Assembly: GCF_009914755.1 (NCBI RefSeq) | Contig: NC_060936.1 | DNA from: the human T2T-CHM13v2.0 reference genome, Homo sapiens | Length of the DNA: 64,000 nucleotides | Direction: 5' to 3' (one strand) | In this document: positions 1 through 14,360 of the stretch, one piece after another | Numbering within the stretch: the stretch's first letter is position 1 | How the letters are laid out: every line of letters starts with the position of its first letter | The notes under the pieces: generated by a model | The model's input: only the letters and a program-made list of their open reading frames with translations | What the model was told of the DNA's origin: nothing | Database searches by the model: none | Program-made: the position numbers and the translations under genes

Positions 1-210
1 CAATACGATTTCATACTGCACAATCATCAAGGTCTACAACTGGAACAGAAACATTTTACATACAAAAGACCTGAAGATGATAGCGTACTTGCATAATGAA
101 GTGGAAATCATTTGACTTTCCATGGCAAACCTGAAGACAATGGGCATGCATTTTGAGGAGTGAAAAGGACCATCTAGTGCTCCATGGCAAACAGGTTACC
201 AAGCCATGCT

Positions 211-613
211 CTAGAGCTATACTGTCCAAACGGTAGCCGCTAGACACGTGGCTATCTAAATTTAATCAAAATTAAATAGCACTACAAAAAAAGTAGTTTA
301 TTGGCACCAATTACACCAGTTAAGTGAAAAACCAAGATTTATTATAATAGAGATATTACAGTAAAAAAGATGTTAAGTATAGAATCTAGGTAGGGGTAGG
401 CATATAGGTGTTCACTTTATAGTTCTCAAGAGTTTTTTATGTTTTATCCTTTTCACGTTAGAAAAAAATTGTTTAAATAGCACCATAAATTCAGTTATAC
501 AAGGCACACCTCAAGTAATCAGTAGGCCTCATTTGGCCAGTTGCTACCCTATTGGACTGCACATAGAACGTTTCCATTATTGCAAAAAAGTTATTGGACT
601 GCCCGACTCTAGA
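211..613 (+). mobile_element. MER3/MER33-like hAT-Charlie element interrupted at about 285-480 by an old L1-like fragment
   Basis: ctgtccaa...gtagcc...gtggcta start and ttattggactgc end; aaatagcac repeated either side of the insert. Confidence 0.6.
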
Positions 614-1356
614 GCCTACCTGCTCAGGAGTCCTGGCAAGCCTTCAGAAACTAATTATTCCACCCAAAATTCAGTGCTAACTTGTTCCTAGGGCAAGTGG
701 ATTATAACTACTGGAACAGTGCAACTTTTTAAGAGTGGGGCTTCAGATGGAAGAATAAAAGGAAACAAGGAACATGGTTACTAAAAGTAATGAAAGAGGA
801 AATCTATCAGAAAGAGGTTGAAAGGAACTGGGAAACTGAAGTGAGACTCGTGGTCAATAGGAGTTAAAAATATTTATGTACATTCATACATACATATATG
901 TTTGTCTAAATGTTTAACAATTTATAAAGCTGAAAACTCATTTAGTTCTCCCCCCTCCCCTACACACCAAATACATTGTGAAATAAGGAATAAAGACATA
1001 ATCAAAGATATGCCTAACATGGGGTAGACTGTACTCTTGTAACACTTTAGGACCTCACTGCTTGTAACTGAAAATATTTAAATGTGAATAATCCCTGAGG
1101 GGTTTGTCATAACTGTAAAAAAAAACTAGACCTTGTATAAGCCCCCCAAAATTAAATCCAATCATGTATGAAGGAAATAAGGAACAATCTACACTTGCCT
1201 TTCATGGATGGGAATCTGGCTACATAGTTCCACCTAAAGTATCTTCTGTCACAGGATATATCTACCAGAACAATTTCTTATTATCTCTAAAGTGAATTAG
1301 AGACATAGCCTCCTGGAAAAAACAAAAAACTACTCTGCAACCAGGATTTGGTATGT

Positions 1357-1362
1357 TTTATT
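1357..1362 (-). terminator. Candidate proximal MAGOHB polyadenylation signal AATAAA
   Basis: tttatt on +, about 240 nt downstream of the stop and followed by GU/U-rich sequence on -; further AATAAA at 338-343 and 297-302. Confidence 0.6.
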
Positions 1363-1603
1363 AGAGCAAATTTTTAACAAAAGGTGGCTTTCATTTACAG
1401 AATTTAATGTGTGTGGGGACTGTCCAACCCATGTGGACTCAAGTAAGGATAACCATTAAGCTTGCTAATGTATTTTCTTATTTTCAGTTTACATACAAAT
1501 TTTTTTTGTTTGCTTCACATTCATAAAAACCCCAATACTGTAAATGACAAATAACCCCTCCCATCCCTTAATTAAATATACAAACAGCCTGAAAACATAC
1601 AAT

Positions 1604-1703
1604 TTAAATTGGTTTAATCTTGAAGTGTAATCCAATAAGACTGAAAACTAAACATTTCAAGTCTTGTACCAAATAGTAAAATACTCGAAGGCCTTCAGGA
1701 TCC
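1604..1703 (-). CDS. MAGOHB: MAGOHB coding exon 5 (last; ...[32 protein letters not shown])
   Basis: tag|GGATCC acceptor at 1703/1704, TAA at 1604-1606; the translation is the conserved Mago nashi C-terminus; exon lengths 94+59+111+83+100 = 447 nt. Confidence 0.97.
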
Positions 1704-2049
1704 CTAAAATTTAAAAAGGTAAAAGTTACTTTTTCTTCCTAGGATAAAACAATTCTTTAAACGCCTAAAACAAAACAAATCAAAATCTCATAACAATTAA
1801 GTTAACAAAATTTAGGAGAAAGGAAGGATTTTGCTGACAACTAAAATGAACATACAATTAATATCTTTTCTATACGAAAAAATAGTTTCTTCATCAGTAT
1901 TCATTTTAGTATTTAAAGAGTTCATATCCTTATGATTGTAATAACCACATCATAAAAATGTCTAATAAAGCAGAAAAAAATAATACTGTAATGCTACCAT
2001 TTCATAGAATAACTATAAACATTTTGATGTTTCTCTATTTTTTAATAAC

Positions 2050-2760
2050 TAAAATTATTCCTTGTGCCCTTTTTTACATTACTTTCCCCACAGCATTAAA
2101 AAAAAAAAATTCCCTAGTAATTTTTAATTAATTTAATAATTCTCTCCTTGTTAGACACTGGGGTTAATTTCCTATTATAAATAATACTTCAATGAGCATC
2201 TTCATGCATAATAAAGCTTTTCCAATATTTAGGAATAGTTCCATAGAAGAGATGCTCAGAAATGAAATTACTAGGCCAAAGGTGAATGAAAAATGTCAAC
2301 AGATTTTGATGCATATTACCAAACTGCTTTCCAAAAACCACTACCAATTTATAATCCCAGTAGGGTATCAATGCCACACCCTTACCAAATGTAGGAAAAG
2401 AAATTTGATAGTTTAAAAGCATTTGGATGGTCTTTGTGAACACAGATTTTGCGTCCAATAGTTATCATGCATTCATTCCTTTCTCCTTTCCACTAACAAA
2501 TATTTATTGAAAGCATCTATTATGTGCAGGGCACTATGCTAACTCTGTGGATACAGCAAGGTTCTCAAGGAGCTTACATTCAAACCAGTAAAGCAGACAA
2601 ATAGGTTATTACAATTCAGGGTGACAGAAAAAAGTAAGAGCACTATGGGGACACTTTGAGGGGAATGGGCACAAATAAAAATAAGTGGCTAGGATCAGAC
2701 CAAGAAAATGGGATGTGCTACAAAACCCTGGGGCAGAGGAGAGACAGATCTTGGGAAGAC
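2050..2760 (-). mobile_element. Old L1ME-like fragment (about 2050-2410) followed by an L2 3' end (about 2470-2760)
   Basis: L1 3'UTR-like text; cattcattc...aaatatttattga...tatgtgcagggcact L2 signature. Confidence 0.5.
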
Positions 2761-3182
2761 ATCGATAGCTAAAGCATACTTAGGCCATAATGGATTTTTT
2801 CCATCTTTTTCCCAAGTATTGAGCCCAAGAAGGACAGTGAGATGATATAGGCCTAATGAGGCTGACATAATCCAATAAGGATTTCTTTCCTTTGGATTTG
2901 CTGATACTGTATCCACATTTTTATACAAAGTAGCTAATACAACTTGGGCATTATTATATACAGCTGTTGGATTAAAAGTTTTTGGACAATCAATGAAATA
3001 CTCTGCTAACTTCTACTGAGAGACAAGATAATAACCCTTTAATGACATAAAAATCAGAATTACAACTGCATAATAAACTGATAGGATGCCACTGAAATTA
3101 TCTTGGCTAACAAACTGACTATAGTTCTAAAATGAGCCTCTGTAATAATGAAAACTTCGCCAAAATGCTTTAACATACTTAC

Positions 3183-3265
3183 TTTGACTGATTTACATCA
3201 ATAAGAGAACCTATTTTTGATGTGGTAAAAGATATGTGCTCATCTCCAATTACAATTTCAAGCTC
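3183..3265 (-). CDS. MAGOHB: MAGOHB coding exon 4 (ELEIVIGDEHISFTTSKIGSLIDVNQSK)
   Basis: tag|GAGCTT acceptor, CAAA|gtaagt donor, 83 nt, in frame with neighbouring exons. Confidence 0.97.
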
Positions 3266-5162
3266 CTAAAAAATATAGCAGAAAAATGTAGTTAATATAA
3301 AAATCTATCCCAGAGGTATCTGTATTCTTGCTACAAGCAGATCCCAATTTTAGCTGCAAGTTTTCTAGCAGCCAACAGAGGGAGTGGGGGGCGAGGGGGA
3401 AAGAAACATGGTTTCTTAGATATAAACTATATCCTTAAAATAAAGACTGCTCACGCGCACTACCCCCAAGTTTAGGACCAACAAAGAATTGCTTTCCAGA
3501 GACATAAAGAAGACACTATGAAACAAAATGACAAAGAAATATTTCTTACAATGTCAGTAAAAACTAAAGACATCACTTTGAAGCACATGTTGTAAAAATG
3601 ATTGGAGTATAAGACCATTTTTAATATGATAAATACACATTTTTTCTTTCTGGAAGATTCTACAAATAAAATGTGTAATATTAATAACCACCACCACTTT
3701 AGCACCTACTGTATGTCAGGCCCTAGTGGTAGGGACTTTGTACTCTCTGTAATCTTGAAAATAACCTTATTAACCTATTTTACAAATGTGTAATCCAAAA
3801 CTCATAGAGCAGAAGAAAATACTTGTTGATATTTATAACCACTAATAATGATGGTACTTATATTTGATCCCAAGATGGTAAGACTTCAAAACTAATACTC
3901 CACAAAATAACTAAAATTAAGAACTAGTAAAAAAAAAAAAAAAAAAAAACCAACCTAATGTAGATGTTCCTAGTGTGCTGTAATTACTGTATAGATTTTT
4001 CCCTATATTGTTTATCTGCAGGCCTAAAACCAATAATTAAAAAGCTATATCTGTAATGAATCTTCAAGTTAACAGACACTATTGAAGACAATCCTAGCTA
4101 TTTATTTAATCAGAGGCCTAATTATGCAGTTTATGACACACACAGAATGGAGAATTAGCTAAGATGCTCTAACAGCCATAAAACCTTTGACTTGATACAA
4201 AAGGCAATTTCTGAAGCATGCCTACTCCTCCCCACTAACCAAAACCCATGAACACATCCTTAAGTGAATAGATAAAATACTAGGCTCTCCCTGAGTCTAA
4301 ATGATATAAAAGGTTAGCTGCTGTGGTTTGCTTTTTAGTACATATGTGTATCTGCATAAAACAAACTGAGGCCTAAATTTACTTTTTAAAAGTGATACGA
4401 TGCTTAAAATAAATACTGTTAACTATTACCTTTGCTTTTCTAAATAATGCTTCTTTAAGCAGAAGACTTAAGTTACTCCTACAGAGTGTCAGCATGTGTT
4501 AGATTTCTCCACATTTTCTTCTATTCAAAGAAGGTGATACAAAGTACAATCCTCAGGGATATACAAAAGTGAAATTAAATGTTTCTTCCTTCCAGGGGTT
4601 GTTGAAGGAATTTCTCCAAGAGTTGAAAAGACCCAATTCAGAAACCAAACTTTCTTTTTACAGAGTGAAATTAGGCCTTCAGAGTTCTTCAGAAGCCTGA
4701 GAAACATCATTTATTCTGAAGGAATATGAGAGGGAAATGCAATCATCAGTTTTAACAAAGAAACCACCAATCAAGTTTCTCTCTGGGGTATAGGGATGCA
4801 AATAAGAATTTTAGAAGTTATGATTTGGCAAAAATAAATTTTACATAGTCATATTCTTAATAAAAGTGATTAACACACAACAGAAATTATTCATAACACT
4901 GCATTGTGAAAACATCCTAACGTTGGCTGGGGTGACTACAGAGAAAGATGTCTAAATTTAGAGCTATGCACTGACTCCTTCACTACTAGGAGGTAGCACA
5001 GAAAAACAGAACTAAGAGATAAAATTAAAGAGAATTTACCAGGTGCCTATTAAATAGAAAGCCAAAGAATCAACTTAGACTCATTCCAAATAAATAACGG
5101 GAAACAAAATAGTATTATCAATTTTTAATATTTATACACTTAAAGAATCACTAAATACAAAC

Positions 5163-5273
5163 CTGTCGGCCAACCCTATCAGGGGGAGGCCACAAAGCAT
5201 CATCTTCTTTTGTAATTTCACTGTCATCAATAATTCTCTTCAGTTCTTCCATTACACTCTTGTGCACATAAGC
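5163..5273 (-). CDS. MAGOHB: MAGOHB coding exon 3 ([37 protein letters not shown])
   Basis: tag|GCTTAT acceptor, CAG|gtttgt donor, 111 nt. Confidence 0.97.
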
Positions 5274-5580
5274 CTAAAAATTAATCATAATAAAATGAGA
5301 TAATGCCCACCTATGTCACCCCTCAACTCAGAAAGAAATGAGTTACAAACCCTGAATATCCAAATAGAGGAATATAGAAAAATTTAATTGATTCCAAAAG
5401 TAGAGGAGACAGAATCACTTATCCTTGTTACACTGCTTTTCTTCATCTCTTGCCCTTTCCTTTCACATACATTTTTTCCCTCTTCTCATCATTACCTGTC
5501 TTTCAAACACTGTATTCTGCCTTTGCAACACTGAGATCCAAATACCCACAAGTGGTTAACTTGTGTCATCACAAGATCTA

Positions 5581-5724
<144 letters not shown>

Positions 5725-5946
5725 AATAAATGCAAGTGTAGTTCACGTCAAGGTTAGTTCTCTGAACTTTCTCATTCCTATGGATGCAAACACTGTATCT
5801 AATTTAAATGGAAACTCTTTCAATCTATAAATTGCCTTCTTCTTTACAATATAGCCTTAGATGTACTTTTTTAAATTCAACACAGACTTGAAGAAAATGG
5901 GCTAAATACAAAAAAAAAAAAAAAAAGACACTCACATAGAACTTAC

Positions 5947-6005
5947 CTCTTTTCTGATCATCACATCATTTTTGTAATTGCTGTTGTTGGCATATCTAAG
6001 CTTTC
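5947..6005 (-). CDS. MAGOHB: MAGOHB coding exon 2 ([20 protein letters not shown])
   Basis: cag|GAAAG acceptor, GAG|gtaagt donor, 59 nt. Confidence 0.97.
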
Positions 6006-6782
6006 CTGTGGGAAGTGGAAAAAAATCAATTTATAATAGCAAAAACTGCTAAAAAAATTAACATCATATACAATTTTGAAGGTAAAGACCATTTTATACT
6101 ACTATTTTTATTAATATTTCCTCCCTCCTTGTGTAAGATCATTGCTAGACAATAAATGTTTGCTGGTTAAGTTTGCTGAAGTTGAAGCTAGCCAAATATT
6201 TAAACAGCCCATGCCTACAATATATATTGGGTCATTTTTAAGGCCTATTTTCTTAAGCTACATCATGAACTAGAAAGAGAATCTGCAAAAGGCACTAAGA
6301 TTCCTTTAAAGTTTGTTATATGTCTGTATCGGTGCTAAGTGCCTCACCCAGAGCATTTAATCTAATCTGTAAAACAATCCCAAAAATCGGGTTTTATTCT
6401 CTCACCTATTCATAGGAGAGAAAACAAAGTTAAGTAACTTAACCAGGGTCACACAAGATTCAGATCTAGATCTACTTTCTTTCAATACTCAGGCTTTCCC
6501 CACTACACCAAAATGTTCTCTTTTAAAAATTTTTTTCCTTCAAATGTATGCATGCAATTATAATGCAGACATTTTAGAATTATGACTAGGAAGCATACAA
6601 ACGATGCTTCTGGATCAAAGTTGATGAGTTTGTTAGCTAGTTTATATTTAATTTTAATCCATCATGATTGTTGTATTATCTGATGTATGCTTCCCCTTAT
6701 GGCTAGTCAGTTGCCCAGACACAGCTATAATATGCAACAGGTACTCTAAAATGATAGAAATGCCAGTCTTTGATGGCTTGGC

Positions 6783-7208
<426 letters not shown>

Positions 7209-7385
7209 TCAGGTACTTAATTCATGTGACCTGCTAAAAGTGATAGGGACAAGCTTGATGGTGTTCGCAGGCAGAGGAACTGAAAATAATACTACATAAA
7301 GAATAGATGAATTCAGGTAAATTTAGCTGAATTTATGGGGACGGTAAGGTTAAATACAGTGATTAAGGTTTCTAAATAATTGCAG

Positions 7386-7722
7386 GGCTGGCCCGGTGGC
7401 TCATGCTTGTAATCCCAGGACTGTGGGTGGCTGACGCTGGTGGATCCCTTGACCTCAGGGGTTTGAAGCCAGCCTGGGCAACATGGGGAAACCCATCTCT
7501 ACAAAAAATAACATAACATAACATAACATAACATAACATAACATAACATAACATAACATAATTAGCTGGGTGAGGTGGCGTGGGCCTGTATTCCCAGCAC
7601 CTCGGCAGGCTGAGGTGAGGGATCACTTGCACTAGGGAGGCGGAGGTTGCAGTGAGCTGAGATCGTGCCACTGCACTCAGATCTGGGTGACAGAGTGAGA
7701 CCTTGTTTCAAAATAATAATAA
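7386..7722 (+). mobile_element. AluJ-type element with (ACATA)n microsatellite in the linker (about 7507-7561)
   Basis: Dimeric Alu; flanking aataattgcagg duplication. Confidence 0.92.
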
Positions 7723-8649
7723 TAATTGCAGGACTGTGGTTAACGTGAGTTCTGCCTGAAATGCTTGATACTCTTCTCCTTTCCTAATATACGTTCCTTC
7801 TCTAATTTTTTATTCTTGCTCTCACAGAACATTGTCCAAAGCCTGCTTATAGGACTTAATATGCATACTGCTTTATAGTTAAATGTCTGTGCCTCCCACC
7901 AAGACAAATCTGCTTTAGTTAAATTTGTCTTACTCATTACTGTACCTTAAAATTTTGTATTTGCTTGTTGTCCAGCACAAAACGTGCATTCAAAAAAACC
8001 CAAAAAATATATATCCAAATGAACTTTCTTGTTGCAGGTAGGCAAGATCAATGTAACATTCTCTAAGGATAGCGCTGTCAGAAAACACACTGTTGCACAC
8101 TACTTGGGTAGCAGTTTCACCTCATCCTCTGCTCATACTGCTCTGGAAGTCTGTTTTTTTCTCTCAAAGGCCAAGTCTCTCATTTCGAGACTCATCTCAA
8201 GAGTGCCGTCCTCTAAGAAGATCTTCCTGACTCCCTCCTGTGGAACTTTACCTCTCCCCTCTTGCTTGGTACTCTTCATGCGTCCTATGGTGAACAATTA
8301 CACGTAAACACCTAAAACATATTATTATTCTCATTTGTTAACACGTTGGGCTCCTCCCCTTCAAAGAAAACACACAGCCTAAATGAAAAAAAGGTACTGG
8401 TCACCACAAGATTTTATTCATCCACTGGACCACCCGCTGGTGGGGGTGTTTTCAAAAAAGTGCTAGCATTTTCAATCAGGGCGACGATCTAGAGTCCCTT
8501 CTGGTGCACTGTTACAGAATTCTGATTACTGTAGGTTCAACTTTTCAGTTTGTGACAGGATTAGCTTTAATTTATTGCAATTAATTCTCTTTCATTTATA
8601 AAACCAACTTATGCCTCCTCTATTCTTAAGCTCCTATTTCCTTCGAGGG

Positions 8650-9050
8650 AAGCAGTGGCCTCCGCCGCCTGTACCCTCCACACCACCCGGCCTCTCGGTC
8701 TCGCTCCCCTTTCCCAGCACCGCGTGCCGTGGGCCTCTTCTCACCGTCCGGCCGAAATTCGAACTCCAGAAACTCGTGCCCAAACTTGCCCTTGTGCCCT
8801 ACGTAGTAGCGCAGGTAGAAATCGCTAGCCACAGCCATTTTTGTACCCGGGAAGCCCGCCGAAAACGCAGCCAACGTGTCCCCCGGCGCCTTGCAGTGAC
8901 GTCATCGCGCGGAATAAGTGCGTCACCACAGGCGCTTCTCTTCCTCCTGCCGTGCAGCCCTAGACTAAAGCGTGAAAGCCGAGTATCGCGTGAGAGTCCG
9001 GAGGCGCTGAAGGGAGGGTCGCAGCGCCGTGACTTTCGCTTTACTAGGAA
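8650..9050. promoter_or_regulatory. CpG-island promoter of MAGOHB with palindromic CRE (TGACGTCA, 8897-8904) and YY1-type AAAATGGC over the start codon (8834-8841)
   Basis: Sharp local CpG/GC enrichment in an AT-rich background; motifs read directly. Confidence 0.85.
8745..8838 (-). CDS. MAGOHB: MAGOHB coding exon 1 ([31 protein letters not shown]); exon junction complex core protein
   Basis: ATG at 8838 in AAAATGG context, ACG|gtgaga donor; the N-terminus MAVASDF distinguishes MAGOHB from MAGOH (MESDF). Confidence 0.97.
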
Positions 9051-10009
9051 TGGAGGCACATTGTTTTCAAAATAAAGATTACATTATACTAGCAAAGATT
9101 AGAAATGTGAGCATATGATAGTCTTTTTTATGGACTTAGAGCTAAAGGTTTGCAAGTCACTTTTACTTTTCTGGTCTCCCAATCCTTGCGGCGTTTGTGA
9201 GGTGGGTGTGGCTCTATGCCCCCTTTAACTGTGAGCTAAATAAAGATAAAGCTTAGAATCGAAATGGCAGACCGGGAATATAAACTATTTTTCTTACTTA
9301 ATTTCTAACAGGGTGCTTTCCCTTTGGATAGCGATTGGTAGTTACCCGGGACCTCTAAGCCTATAATAATAGAGACAAAGTCAAAGGAATCCAACTCTTA
9401 AAACCCTCACAGCCCCCACACCTGAAAAACCCTGACAGTCACCGTGCTTTTTTTAACAGCAGAACTTCTAAGGTTCTTAATTCATTCAATAAGGGTTAAC
9501 TTTTGGTAGCCTGTGAAGTTTTGGCAATTTGACTTAAGATACAATAATGGTTTAGCCCATTATTGTTTCTCGCCAGATAGAATTAAGTTGGGGGAATGAA
9601 AGAATGCTCCAGTGTGGCGTAGTTTTTAAGGTAAGGGAAAGACTTTTACACAAAGTTTCCTTTTCAGATATTATTGATCACCCTTTTGTTATCAACACAC
9701 AGAGTAATCCTATCTGTCGGTTGACAACCTTCAGTGATTTTTAGTAGAAAGTGGTGGTGAGAAGACCTGGGATTCAATCCCAACACTTAACAGCTAACTA
9801 ACCTCGGGCAAGTGACTATCTCTAAGCCTGTTTGTTCATCAGCCTAATGCATATACAGCAATCTACATTGCCAAGCTCACAGAATTCTTGAGAGATCCAA
9901 TGAGATAATATGTAAAATAAGCTTTAAATTTTATAAAACATTAGTTTTAACAAACATTTCCTATGTGACAGTTTGAAACTAGAAATAAGCCATTTGATCT
10001 GGTAGTCTA

Positions 10010-10602
<593 letters not shown>

Positions 10603-11010
10603 GTGTGTAAAACATGCCGGTAGTACAGCAGAGGAAGCAAGAGCATTCTATTGCAGAGTAGGGAAATTTGAAAAAAGAGTATTGGAAAAGGCTTGTCAAC
10701 GGAAGTGTTTGAATTGGACCTTGAGAAGTAAGTTCTGTGTATGTTCAGTGGGATGAAAAAGCATTCCAGGCAGAAAATGACCCGAGCAAAGACAGTGGTG
10801 TGAAAATTCATGTTTGGGGAACACTAAGAAATTCGGTATAGCTAGAGCATAAGGTTCAAGTAGAATGACTAAAAAGGCAAATTGGGCCATGTTTCCTTGA
10901 GTCCATATTAGTAGTTATATAACTATTAATATAGAAAAATGAATCAGTCCCTACATCGGGCCACCATTTTGGAAAGTACGTAAGAAACAGGAAGCACCAT
11001 GTTTTACCAC

Positions 11011-11118
11011 TAGGGTGACTAGCCGTTCCAGTTTGACCAGGACTGTAGAGTTTCCTGGGAAATGGGACTTTCCATACCTGGAAACACCCAGGCAAACTGA
11101 GATGGGTTGGTCACCACA
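11011..11118 (+). mobile_element. MER94/MER81-like hAT-Blackjack miniature element
   Basis: Terminal inverted repeats agggtgact...ggtcacc and an internal palindromic structure. Confidence 0.75.
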
Positions 11119-11589
11119 CTTACCACAAGAATAATTCACAGAAATTTGAACACTCTATTCCGTAGTATCTCTGGAAATATCAGCTGTAATCCATTTTGTT
11201 GAATTATATGGAAAGCCTCATTCAATATCTTAGATTCCCTAATGTCTCTCCTTCAGGTTTTTGGCACATGTGCCAATGTTCATCTTCATGTTTACCTAAA
11301 TAGAACTATGGATACCAGAATGTGTAACTATATAAATAGAGGTTACAGAATGCACAAAGTATTAACATCTTTGTTAAGTGGGCCAGTTACTGTCTTGATC
11401 TCCAAAAATGACATAGGGGTTCAAGACTATAATCCTACCTGTTTGTAAGATAAAATATGAAACTATATTTACTTAACTCTCTATATTTTAAGCCAAAATT
11501 TGAACCTTTTGTATTGAAGCAAGAATTACAAAGTGATAAAGCATTTGCGTTGTGTTGTATTCTTGGATGGTACACAACAGTGATGTGGA

Positions 11590-11726
11590 AATGTTCTTCT
11601 GTATGGCTGCTGAGCCCTTGAAATGTGACTACTGTGACTTCGAACTGAATTCTTAATTGTGATTAATTTAGATTAACATTTAAATAAACACATGTGGCTA
11701 GAAGCTACTGTGTTGGTCAGCACAGT
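11590..11726 (-). mobile_element. MER3/MER33-like fragment
   Basis: acatgtggctag...gctact...cagcacag motif. Confidence 0.55.
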
Positions 11727-14254
11727 TAGAATCTTTTCATACACTTTTAGTTGGGCTAGAAATAGCAAAAAAAAAATTGTGAACATTTTCAAATTGCTTG
11801 TTGTAGGCTCCAAATTAGGACGTACTTACTGACATCAACACAGTTTACTTATGAAAATAAATATTTGAGCTGCTTAAGTGAAGCCAAAATACTGTTTCCA
11901 CCTTTGCTAACACAGCGGTAAATTTCAAAGCACAAAGTGAAGTAGGTAAGAAATAAACGTTTTATTTCCATCTGAAATTAGGGCTTAATGATCAAATCAT
12001 TCTGACTTCCAATTTTCAGAAACATGTTCCATGTTTATTGTGATAAGCACTAGATATTATAGTCTCATGTTTTTAATTTATGAATAACGTCTGATTCATT
12101 TGATTTTGTATTTACAGAAGAAAAGATGTCAGGGCTATCTCATTCAGTTATTAATAAATGGATCAGAGTAGTAAGTCAAGAATAAGTGCATAATGTGGTT
12201 TAAATTTTAAAAAATACTCAGAATGAGGTAGTATTTTAATTTTTAATTCATCCACCCACCTTGCTCTTCTCTTTTCCATAATAGACTTCCCTGTGGACGT
12301 TAGCCTTATCTGTCTTTTTACCACTTAGTGGTATTAACTTTTTAAGTAAGAGAATCATGATCATGCAGAAACACCAAACTTTCCACACCATTCGTTATCA
12401 CATATGTTCATATATGGCGAGAACTTGGAGCTACTTCTAGATTACCATGACATGATATATTTAATTCGATTGTTCAATCTAAAATTTTTTTCCAGCAAAT
12501 GACAATATTATATGCTTCAAACACATAGCATAATCTCTAACTCTTTTCCCCAAAACGGGTAAACACAGTATGCTAAATTAAGGGTAATAGGATATCTTCC
12601 AGTCTTCCACTGTATTTGCTACTTATTTATTTCAATAAGAGTGTTAAAGCAAAATTTAAAAAAATTATTGCAACAGAGTTAAGATTAAGAAATCTTAATT
12701 AACTGACTTTTTTTGTTTTAAAATGCTAAAAAAAAAACCCACTACTATTATTTGATTTTAATAACAGAATACCTAAATCTGGCATAAAAAAACATAGTGT
12801 GCTCCATAAGCATAATTTAAGAACTACTGGTTCAGACTATTCTATTTTAAACGACGTTACCAAGTTTCCCTTAGACACTGTATCTAGGTGGGTGTTTGCG
12901 TTGTTCCTAAGTGTTGGAATTTTTTTTTAACAATAAAGCATAGATTGGAAAAACAAGACTGGAAGAGAAGGCAATCAAAACAATACAACAAAATCTATCT
13001 AGAGTCAACCCGATTAAATGATAAATATTTTGATTCTTTTTTTCATTCATTAGCTTGGAAACACCTAGTTTGGCTGAAAGGTCAATGATGCCAGAAATAT
13101 CATCCTCCTTCTGGAAGAAGCCTGGCCAAGTGAGAGAAAGACCCAGTTTTCTTAGAGTAAAAATTACTGTATCCAGTTTTCCGGGCCGGAAAAACAAATA
13201 AAATTGGGGGTAAAAAACTTAAATATCAATTGTCTGCTTCTTTCCCTCCTACTAAAAGAAATATGACAGTACAACAAAGCAACCTTCCATTTCACTGTGT
13301 TCCACTTTCCCTTAGCTCACCGTGCTGCAACCCATATGCTTTCTTGCAGTTCCTTGCCTCAGAATTTTCACGCACACATGTCCTCCTCCTGGGAGACTCT
13401 TCTTATTCGGCCTGGGTTACTTACCCATCCCTAAGGTCTCAGTTTATAGCCCATTTCTGTTCAGGGAAGTGTTCCTTTTAAACTCCCTTCTACTACCCTA
13501 TGCTTTTTCTTTATAGCACTTAACACTTCGCACTTAACAGATACCCACACAAATAAATGTATAATGTGTCTCACCTTCTAGACTGTAATCAAAAGCTCCC
13601 TATTTCTTTTATCCTACACCTAGCCAAGTGTCTGGCACAGCAAGCCTTAACACTCAATATTTTTCAGTGATCAGATAAATAAGTAAATATTTGTAATTTT
13701 GACTTAACTGAACAGCTGAGAGGCAACAATGGGATTCCATAGGGCTTTGTAATTTTGTGTGAAGCCACTCTTCTGCCCTTCTCCCTACTGCAACTTGCTA
13801 CCCATTTAAATCCTGACTAGTCATTGTGGTATTCTTACAGCGGCAAGAATCATTATTCCTTTAGCTGACTCATTATGATTCCATCAGGATTCCAACTTCT
13901 ACAACATTTTTAGCTGCCAGTCATTTTTCTTATGGCAGCCTTAGATGTCCCTTCCAGGGTACCCAAAGTGTTTTTTAAAATTGCAGACTACCATGTTCAA
14001 CAGAATTGCCCTCATGATGATGTTTTCAATATTTTGTAATAGTAGGAGTCCACTATCATCATCCAAAAGCGTACAAAAATGATGACTTCATCATTGCACA
14101 TGTATAATATCACTACTTGTGCCATATCATCATCTTTAGGCATGTCCTGCCTTGCAGTGTTAGCGACTGAGTTTCTCTTCTTGGTCACAGTAGATTTTAA
14201 ATGAAAAATATATGAAAGGTCCTGGGTTAGGAAGGGCAAAAGAAAAGGAGAAAC

Positions 14255-14360
14255 ACGTTTATTGAGCGCATATGTGCCAGATAGTGTACAAATACATACT
14301 CAAAACGTATCAATCCTCAGAACAACCTTGTGAAATAGGTATTATCCCCATTTACACATA
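14255..14360 (-). mobile_element. MIR remnant
   Basis: atcctcagaacaaccttgtgaaataggtattatccccattt MIR core. Confidence 0.7.
14258..14263 (-). terminator. Candidate distal STYK1 polyadenylation signal AATAAA, inside a MIR remnant
   Basis: tttatt on +, with a U-rich tract downstream on -; alternatives at 15056-15061 and 14644-14649. Confidence 0.6.

Noticed and set aside
7507-7561. Regular (ACATA)n array giving the ORF repeat YVMLC
   Set aside because: Simple microsatellite grown from an Alu linker; no spacers, not CRISPR-like
8611-9075. 154-aa + strand ORF antisense to MAGOHB exon 1
   Set aside because: Expected from stop-codon depletion in a GC-rich island and the antisense of coding sequence; no recognisable domain
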